Of a stretch of 64,000 nt of DNA, positions 1-8,800 are shown piece by piece. The notes under the pieces were generated by a model. That model saw only the letters and a list, made by a program, of their open reading frames with translations. It ran no database searches and had not been told where the DNA came from. Numbering within the stretch: the stretch's first letter is position 1; every line of letters starts with the position of its first letter. Position numbers and translations under genes: made by a program. Source of the stretch: a virus. The stretch is taken from the UHGV virus genome UHGV-0289908; one strand, 5' to 3'.

Positions 1-1136
1 GGGTTAGAATCAATTGACGAAAAAGTAAAGGTTATATAATCTACTTTTTTCCCAGCTTCACTTTTATTAGCTATAATAACTGGATTATTTTCATCACTAG
101 AATTTAAAAAGGCACAATCTTTTGTTGTTCCATCTGTATATACAAATCTAAAACGTCCATTCATTACATTTTTTGAATATCCTTTACAAGATAATGTTAT
201 TTGTCCATCATAATCAATATAGACCTTTTTTGATAGCAGTGTTGATGGATTATCATAGTAGTACCCATTTGAATACTGTTCGGTAAAATCAAGAATATTG
301 ACCATATTCTTACCAGTAGTTTGTAAAACAGGCATTCTAACGCTCTGCATACCTTCAAAATAAGGAATGTCTACATTTGTGTAGTCACCAATTAAAATCA
401 TTACATCACTTACATCTATTACCCCAACATTATCATCAATATATAAATTTATCGCTTCTAAATCAATAGGGGTTTGATGACAAACATTAATATAATACTC
501 ACCTGTTGGATGAGAGTTATAGTTTCTTAATGTAGGGTATCTATCGCCAGTAGTAGTGGTGGCTGCATTTTGTTTAAAATGTGCTTTTAGATTACCAGTT
601 ATTCCATTTATTGTGTTTGTTTTTAATTTAAAAGTTATATATGTTCCACTAGGGATAGTATATGGAATTTTACAAGCATACGTTCTTGAACTACCATTAC
701 CAATTGTTGAATCTAATGTTTCATTTCTTTGTCCATTGTTCAAATTCACCAACGTATTACCTTTTAAAATCGCACTTTTAGCCACTCCATCAACTACATT
801 TACATTTTCATAGCCCTCATTGAGTTTTTGCATTGACTTCCCATTTGTCATGCTATTTCTTAAACTTGGTTCTGGTAAAATGTTTTGGTAGGTCTTCCCC
901 TTAATGACCACTTTTGACGATTCTCCGTCTACCACACTAGATGACACATTAACGTCACCCGCTCCTACCTTAAAACTTGTTTCTTCGTGAACAACCGTTG
1001 GTGTTGTTAAATCATTGTCTAAAACTTTTTGTAAGTCATTACCATCTGACAGGATGACACAGTTGGCACTGGTCTCTGGACTTGCTTCAATGGTCTTATC
1101 TCGGTCAGTATATAACTGTATTTTCTTACTTGCCAT
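1..1136 (-). CDS. Tail-module protein (putative distal tail/receptor-binding component). Its 3' end is truncated by the window edge.
   Basis: Open minus-strand frame from ATG at 1134-1136 (MASKKIQLYTDRDK...) with no stop before position 1. RBS GAGGGGTG lies 6 nt upstream. It is last in the fibre gene train and the beta-rich composition fits a structural protein. Confidence 0.5.
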   Translation of the reverse strand, partial: MASKKIQLYTDRDKTIEASPETSANCVILSDGNDLQKVLDNDLTTPTVVHEETSFKVGAGDVNVSSSVVDGESSKVVIKGKTYQNILPEPSLRNSMTNGKSMQKLNEGYENVNVVDGVAKSAILKGNTLVNLNNGQRNETLDSTIGNGSSRTYACKIPYTIPSGTYITFKLKTNTINGITGNLKAHFKQNAATTTTGDRYPTLRNYNSHPTGEYYINVCHQTPIDLEAINLYIDDNVGVIDVSDVMILIGDYTNVDIPYFEGMQSVRMPVLQTTGKNMVNILDFTEQYSNGYYYDNPSTLLSKKVYIDYDGQITLSCKGYSKNVMNGRFRFVYTDGTTKDCAFLNSSDENNPVIIANKSEAGKKVDYITFTFSSIDSN

Positions 1137-1141
1137 ATGTA

Positions 1142-1834
1142 TCACCCCTCAATAATTCTGTAAAATGGCATGTTGTTAATTTGGTCTTGCAGATTAATCG
1201 CTACTTGCTCTTGCATGGCTAGATTCTTCCAAGTTTGAAATTCGTCTGCTCGTGCAGTTTGAGCTTGATTAAAGGCATTGTTAAAATCCTGCGATTGTGA
1301 ATTAAATGCCTGTTCAAACTTTTTTTCAGTGGTACTCACTGCACTGTCCACTCGCTCATTTGCTTGCTCTGCTTTCAATAGAGCGCTTGTAAGATTCGAC
1401 AACTCATTTGAAGATTCAATGGTATCTGCATCATGAATAGAATCTCCTACGTTAATGATAAACAATGGGAAACTTAGTACCGACCCATCATTACCTGTTT
1501 TAACAACCTCACATTCAATACTTGGAGGTAAAGCCAATGCTTGACGTGTAAATGAGAAGTTTACCACTCCTGCGTCTGCGTCTAAGTCATGTCCTTCCAT
1601 CACTACAACCGTACCGTCCTTCTTACGAACATATAAGTCTACACGACTATTGTGTAACTTGACAGGATACAGCATATTCTTGGTTAATGATACTTGCATA
1701 ATACGACTCATGTGGTCTGCTTGCTTAAGCGTAATTGTTTTGGTTGTTCCCGTGTGTAAGTCTAAAACAACCTCAATCATTTCTTTGTCTATTTCTTCTT
1801 CCATGATTGCACGCATTTTATCTCTTAAACTCAT
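1142..1834 (-). CDS. Tail-associated hypothetical protein (N-terminal beta-rich domain, C-terminal Q/N-rich coiled coil); possible baseplate or fibre adaptor
   Basis: 230-aa ORF from the track. Its stop overlaps the RBS of the next gene. Position in the fibre module. Function not recognisable from sequence alone. Confidence 0.45.
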   Translation of the reverse strand: MSLRDKMRAIMEEEIDKEMIEVVLDLHTGTTKTITLKQADHMSRIMQVSLTKNMLYPVKLHNSRVDLYVRKKDGTVVVMEGHDLDADAGVVNFSFTRQALALPPSIECEVVKTGNDGSVLSFPLFIINVGDSIHDADTIESSNELSNLTSALLKAEQANERVDSAVSTTEKKFEQAFNSQSQDFNNAFNQAQTARADEFQTWKNLAMQEQVAINLQDQINNMPFYRIIEG

Positions 1835-1848
1835 TGTAGCACTCCTTT

Positions 1849-2367
1849 CTATTTGTTTTGTAGCTCTTCGATTGCATTGAGTAATAGGTCAATTTGTCGT
1901 TGTTGTTTACGAACAAACTTGCATAGCTCATCAATCTGTTTCTGTGTAGAAGTGTTCGACTCAGTGTCCAAAGAGCGACTAATGGTTTGCACATGTGTTA
2001 ATGCGTCACTCAGCTTTGACCCATCTTCCATAACAATACGACTGCTGTGAATCAACTTGTATCCACGACCATAGTAAGTTACTTCTACAATTTTTGCCCC
2101 TTGCGAATGATGAAAATAAACAACTCCCCCATTATAATCCACATGGTAAGAATCTTCCGTAAGTTTAGAACGGTGGTCTACTTCATGATAAAGTTTCCCC
2201 TCCATGTCAACCACTGACAGTCGATGAAAACTGTCTGGAATCTCATCTAATTGAATGTTAAAATAGACAGGAGATACTTGTTGAACCTCCTGTTTGTGGA
2301 TTGCGATAGGATTGCCATTGACATCTGTATTCCAATTCATTAAATATGGATTGATGTTTGTTAGCAT
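1849..2367 (-). CDS. Short paralogue of the N-terminal anchor domain of the 1312-aa tail-fibre protein, plus a coiled coil
   Basis: 172 aa. Residues 10-120 (NWNTDVNGNPIAIHKQ...VTYYGRGYKLIHSSRIVMEDG) align with residues 25-135 of the ORF at 11916..15854 (QWNRDENGNPISWHIP...VNYYGRGVILISDSRIFHRDG). RBS GGAAGTGA upstream. Confidence 0.6.
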   Translation of the reverse strand: MLTNINPYLMNWNTDVNGNPIAIHKQEVQQVSPVYFNIQLDEIPDSFHRLSVVDMEGKLYHEVDHRSKLTEDSYHVDYNGGVVYFHHSQGAKIVEVTYYGRGYKLIHSSRIVMEDGSKLSDALTHVQTISRSLDTESNTSTQKQIDELCKFVRKQQRQIDLLLNAIEELQNK

Positions 2368-2378
2368 ATAATCACTTC

Positions 2379-2546
2379 CTATTCATTTGTTTGCTGTGGT
2401 TTTTCGAATTTAGCTTTTAACTGGGTAAGCTCTTCTCGTACTTGCTCTAGTTCTGCCTTATATAAATTTTTGTCAATCGTTAATTGAGCAATCTCTTGTG
2501 ATAAAGACTGAATTGTTTTAATTAATACTTGCTCGTTCATGTTCAT
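2379..2546 (-). CDS. Small coiled-coil protein (55 aa), not in the ORF track
   Basis: GGAGG then a 6-nt spacer to ATG at 2546 (MNEQVLIKTIQSLSQEIAQLTIDKNLYKAELEQVREELTQLKAKFEKPQQTNE). It fills the gap between two genes in the same orientation. Confidence 0.4.
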   Translation of the reverse strand: MNMNEQVLIKTIQSLSQEIAQLTIDKNLYKAELEQVREELTQLKAKFEKPQQTNE

Positions 2547-2573
2547 CCTCCTTTTAATTTAAAACAAAGACCC

Positions 2574-2822
2574 TTATTGTTGGGTCTTTGCAAGATATTT
2601 ATTCATGACCTCGTCTGTCCAAACAGACTTTACAATATTCATGTAGTAGTCATCCAAAATTTCTTTTGCATAATCTAAGTATGCGGGATGAGGTTCTAAA
2701 CAACATCCCCAATTATCTTGACCAATTTCCATTCCATCTTTTAGATAGTGTGTGATGACGACCACATTAATGCGACCGTCATCTAATATTTCTAATTTTG
2801 TTTCTTTTTCCTCAGTAAACAT
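2574..2822 (-). CDS. Hypothetical protein (82 aa)
   Basis: ORF from the track. Its stop lies inside a hairpin (AAAGACCC..GGGTCTTT) followed by a T-rich run. No TM segment, so not a holin. Confidence 0.5.
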   Translation of the reverse strand: MFTEEKETKLEILDDGRINVVVITHYLKDGMEIGQDNWGCCLEPHPAYLDYAKEILDDYYMNIVKSVWTDEVMNKYLAKTQQ

Positions 2823-2844
2823 TTTACACTCTCCTTATATTTAT

Positions 2845-5800
2845 TTATCTCCATCTATAAATAGCACTAAAGTTTACGTCAACATTTCCTGTTCCCAAGT
2901 GCACACATTTTAACTGTTGCCAGCCAGAGTTACGAAGGGTGAAGTTTAGAACAATGTGACCTGCCCCACCTTCTACATATCCGTTAATTCCATAGGTTAA
3001 GCCATTCATTGCGTCAGTTACCCCTCCAAAGAATCCGATTGTTACAGGAGGGTAGTTCCATAAGCTCGATACAGGCAATCCCCCGATAGCAACCCCTCCA
3101 GAATGACCTCCTTTTGAAGCGATAACACGACCTTGAACAAAGACTAAATCTCCTAAATACACAGCTTGTCCTACTGCACTTGACGTTGTAAAGTTACCTG
3201 TGTCTGCATATAAGAACGGAGTAAAACTTTGTCGCCAATTATGAGGGACTGTTGCCCCATCATAAGATAGTCTGCTATCATCGTGCATGACAAGAAACTG
3301 ACCTCCTACCCCATTTTTCATAAATGAAGCATTTAAACTGTCATTGCGACCTATTTCTGTATATTGAGATAAATCGTCTCCTCGGGATATTCTTATGCGA
3401 CTTCGAGTACCTGCTGTGTCAATGCGAACATCTACGTCATTGGTTGAGTTAGGGTTGTGCAAATCAATATAACGACCGATTTCTATTGGAAGTGCATAAT
3501 TGGTTTGAAGAAATGAAGCTCCATACACTCCACCCTTACTTGTAATAGCACCTTGTGCAATGATTTCCCCATTGGCTCTAATATGTGTCCCTGCATTCAG
3601 TTCTCCTGTTGTAGACACTAGGTTGTCCATAATTACAGTTCTCAATGTATCTTTCGTATTGCACACCTTGATTTGGTGAGGTTCTACTGTTGCTACGCCT
3701 GTATTTACTTGGTACTCCCCGAGCTTTTCTAGTCTTATTCCTTCAATAGAAGTATGGATTCCTTGTGACCAACTATTGAGTGTTCCGTCATCGTAGCCAG
3801 ATTTTCCATGGAATCCATAACCATCTGCCCAATAGTATCCGTCCATTTTGGGATTATAGTCTGGAGAGGTGGCAAAGACAATATTTTTTGCATACAGCCC
3901 TTCCTTGTCCGCTCTAAATAGAGCGTCATTGGAAGCATTTAAAACAGAGATGTATCCATTACCGTTGGTGCTTCCTCCTGCAACAAAGTTAGTTCCTTTG
4001 AACGTACCAGAGGTAATTGTATCTGCCACGATTGTCCCAGTTGTAATCTTGCTACCATTAATTGTAGTTGACCCACCATTAATGATAGAAACAATACTAT
4101 TTGCACTTAAAACATCCGCATGTAACTTGTTGGCAGTGATTGAACCATCTACAATTAACTCTCCACCTGCCATACGAGTAACTTGAATATTACGAACCTT
4201 TAGTGTTCCACTAAAAGGTGTCCATCCCTCACATTGAATGAACACTCTAAATTTACGAGAAGCGGCAGGTAAGATTACAGAAGATGATACAGTCTTCGTC
4301 TCATTTGTTACCCTATCACTGTATAGATAATGTATAGCCTTGCCAGTGCCATCATAGGCAACAATTCCAATGGCTACCCCACGGTAAGATGAGTCAGTTC
4401 CTCCGTCGGTTGAAGCTCCCATCATAGTGGTTGAGATGTCTCCTTTTAATCTGAACGCTTCTCCACCATTGCAAGTGTAGTAGTCTGAAATATAGCTGTT
4501 TCTGGTGAGAGTACCTTTAACAAACCATTTTCCATCTGCTTCGGCTGACCCCGGTGTAAAACCATATTTTGTAGCGGTATTATCATTTAACTGTGCGTAG
4601 TTGGTGAAGTCTCCAATAGCCAACCTATCGGCAGTAATGCTTTTGGCTTTGATATATTCTCCGTTAATCCAAACCTTACCACCATCTAAGAAGATACCTT
4701 GTGTAGCCCCATTATTAGTTAACTTATTGAAGATATCTGCCTGTGTCTGACCGTTTACCTTGTCTTGAGCAATATTCCCTGCTTCCGTTGAAGTGGTATA
4801 GTCCATTGCTTTGCCCCAGTCGCTTGCTGTGTAGCTTCCCGAAGCTCTGGCAGTTTTACAGATTTTTAAATCTCCCGTACCAGAAAGATTTGTTACCCAT
4901 AAGTCTCCTACCTCATATGGAGTGGTAGGTGTTGAAGTAAACACACGCTTTTTAGACGTTGCTAAGTTTTTAGCATTCTCTGCGTCTGCGTCTGTCAATT
5001 TGACCCAACCCGTTCCAGAATAACGATACGTAACCTTGGTTGATGTATTGTACCAGATGTCTCCAGTATGAGCCGTTTTTAGCTCTGTGGTCGTCCAAGC
5101 AGTTGCAGGGTCGCTAGATTGTGCCCATGTTTCCACTTTTCCATCTACTTGCGTTTGTAGTCCATCAAGTGCGGTGTCAACTTCTTTTTTCAAGTCATTT
5201 GTCAATTTATCCGCATGTTCCTTAGTCTTTGTTGCCACAGAATCCAATATTGCTTGACGCTGTGTATAGTATGCGTTAAATTTAGCATTGAACTCCGAAG
5301 GAGTAATTGTGACGGTTGTTGAGCTTGATAGATTCAATGTTCCCACATATGTTTCTAACGCATTGTACGCACTGATAAAGTTTGTGGTTGAAATACTATA
5401 AACATTTGCTTGATTAATAATTGATGATTTCTCTAGTTTGATTTCTTCCCAGTCACGTAAAACTTGCTGTTTCTCAGAAGCAGTTAACTTACTATCACTT
5501 GCGATTTCATTTAGCTTTGTTGTTGCATTCTGTGCTTCGGTCTTCGCACTGTTCGCAGTGCTTTGAGCCGACTCTGCTACATTCTTTGCACTTTCCACAT
5601 CTGCCATTACATCCTCTGGAGCAGGCGACCAACCAGTCACTCTGTTCCCCTTGACAATAATCATTTCAGATACTGTAATAGAACCAACAAAGTTGTCCAT
5701 TCTAATTTGAAGTCCTGTAAACCCTTTTGTTTCATCGGTTGGGATGGTGACAGTATGGGTAATAGTTCCACCAGTATTTGAAGCAACATTGATGGTAGGA

Positions 5801-8800
5801 GACATAGCCAACCATTGTCCTGCTGTTTCACCCAGTGAGCCTTGAATCGTTCCATTTGTTTGTATTTTGAAAGTTCCTGTTGCTCCTTGGCTTACGCTAA
5901 AAGTAAATCCTGTTGTGACCTCTTCTCCTGCCAATCCTGCATAATGAGCACTTTTATTTACAAACTCGTAAATGCTTGTACATTGGCTTGTCGAGTTAGT
6001 CCCAGTGACGCTTACCTTGTTTGCTGTTCTCGCAAGCAAGTTTCGAGTCCCCACTTCTAGGTCTGCAACATCATATAACTTAGAAACGGTGAGGGTGTCA
6101 CTTACTCCACTAGCGTTTGTATTTAGTTTGAACGTGATTGATGTAATTGAGTCTGTAAATAATGAACTTGTCTTGCTTACCGTTAATACTCCATTACTAA
6201 TAGCCAATCCGTTCTGACCACTGACAACATTCACCCAAGTAGGAGTTCCACTTGATGAATAATTTGTACAATACTGCCAACTAGAATATGAACAGTTTTG
6301 TAATTGAGGTGTTAAAGTAATATTGTCTGGAAAGAATGTGATACCTCCATCTGTTGACTTGAATACTTGACTAGAAGCTAAAATATCTGCTATCTTAGCA
6401 TTTTGTCCTTTACGAGCCTTAGACCAAGAGAATATTTTGTTAAAAGTTTTTCCATCGACAATAACAGGGATGGTAACTGACCCATTTTCTGCTAATGAGC
6501 TACCTGTATTAGCTTGGAATGTTAATTTAGTTCCAGACTTAGTAATTGTCATACCAGAAGGATTTATAATTGTTCCAAAGGTAGGAGTTACAGATGTTGC
6601 TCCTTTGTAAGCAATGACATCACTTGTTGTCGAAACCGCAGTAGCAATACTTCCATCGTTTTCAGTCTGGAATGTATGTGTTTCATTGGTTAAGATAACG
6701 GTGTATGCGTCATCTCCATCTACTCCATCCGTTCCATCTTCCCCCACATATTTTTTCCATGTATAATCACCAAAAGTATTACTATCTGCTTCGGTGAAAT
6801 CAACATATGTTCCGATGTAAGTACCTACTGTTTCTCCATTGTTTGCAGTAAACGTCTTTCCATCATTTGAGTATTTGATGTGAAGATATGAAGTTCTACC
6901 ATCACTACCTTGAGCACCTTGAATACCACGCTCTCCATCTTCTCCCTTAATTTTACTCCAAGTGTATGAAGTGTTTGAAGAAGGAGCTGTTTGAGAGGTT
7001 GTTGAAGCTACCCCCATGTACTCTGTTGTGTCTGTCGGTGTGGTAGTCATTGGGTTACCGTTGGCATTTGCAGAATATCTTACATGGAAGTATGTCGTTA
7101 ATCCATCTTCCCCTTTGACACCTTGAATACCTTGAGCACCTTGAGCCCCAGTGTCTCCCTTCTGTCCTGTGATACATACAGGGTTGGTTGTCGTTGTTTT
7201 TTCATTAGAGTATTTTGTAACAGTGCGACTCCAGATATATTTTCCACTTTCCCAAGTTGGAGAAGTAGTTGTCCATCCACTTGTTGGAGCAGTTGTTGCA
7301 GAACTTGATTTGGCATATTCTACGTCAACAGATGTGATTGATACTCCGTCACTACCATCTGCCCCATCGTTTCCGTCTACTCCGTCATGCCCGTCTCTAC
7401 CTGTGACACATACTGGCGATGTTGTAGTCGTGTTATTGTTTGTATACGTAATAACAGAGCGTGTCCACACATACTTTCCAGACTCTGGTGTTGGGGCAGT
7501 ATCGCTCCATGACCCACCTGTTAAAGTAGTCTGAGAAGTTGAATGGTAGTATTGTTCCTTGATAGAAGATACTCCGACACCTTGTTCTCCCGAAGCTCCG
7601 TCTGAAACTTTTACAACTGTTAACTCATCATATTTGTTTCCAACTGTACAACGAATTGTAACAGATTTTACAGAGCTTGAGTTGAAGATTGTTGAGTTGT
7701 CATGTGGAAGCGTATAATAACTTTGGTTTCCATTTGTTGCGGAAGTGATTGTTGACCAAGCATCCTCTCCTGCACGTCTAAATTCCCAAACATACTTAGG
7801 GCTTGAGAATCCTTGAACCTGTGCTTGAATTTTAATTGAAGACGGAGTAGGTGCTCCTGTAAAGTTGTTAGTATACTTGAATACTTGTTCTCCACTTAGT
7901 GTCACTACCTCTGCATTTGTTCCGCTTTCACCTTGTTTTGAACAAGCCCAACTAAATACTTTGTTAAAAGTTTTTCCATCAATAGTAATTGGAATGATAA
8001 AAGTCCCATCGTCTGCTGTTAAGACTGTTGACTGAGAAACAGCAAAGGTAATGATGTTCCCAGATTTTGAAACGGCAATACCACTAGCACTATTGATTGT
8101 TCCGATTGTAAAGTCGGTACGAGTTGTGCGACCTTGGTACACAGACACCTCAGTTGTATATGTCTTTGATGACATAGGGAGTCTATCATTGAATGTTGGA
8201 ATAACTTGAGCTTCATTTGATAAGAAAACCGAATATGCGTTCTCTAGGTCTTCGATTGCGGGAGTCCAGTCTGTAGCCTTAGTTCCTCGTTCAAGTTTAA
8301 TCATACTAAATCGAATCGAACCTGCGTCTGCCACCGCCATTGAAACCTTGCAGTTATTTGGGTTGATGTCACTTGTCGTTAGCTTGCTTGTTGCTTCGAC
8401 TTTAAACCATTGTCCCACTGGAGAACTTTTTGGAATGTTGTTAACACAGATGTCAGAGAATGTGCTTCCATCTGTATGATAGCAACGTAGATATAATTGG
8501 TTATTATCTTGGTTTAAAGCGACATCCGAGTCAATGTAAATCCATCCAGATAATGTGTATGTGTCTCCTTGTTTAACAGAAGGTAAGACAACGTCCTTTT
8601 GAATTTGTTGACGTGCCGAATTTCCTGTTGTAGTTCTGCGTACACGGTAAGCCTTGTTATTCATATAACCGTCAACAACATTTGCCACAGAGAAACTTCC
8701 TAAGTTCCCTGTAGAGTCTGTTAATAAGTTTGTTCCTCCGATAACGACTCCTTCTACAACCGAGTTTGCATATTCTTTTGTTTTTGTTGCGATTGCGTCA

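Noticed and set aside
1142-2822. Holin/endolysin among the small genes downstream of the fibres
   Set aside because: None of the 82-, 55-, 172- or 230-aa products has a transmembrane segment or a recognisable lysin motif. The lysis cassette is presumably beyond the left edge of the window.
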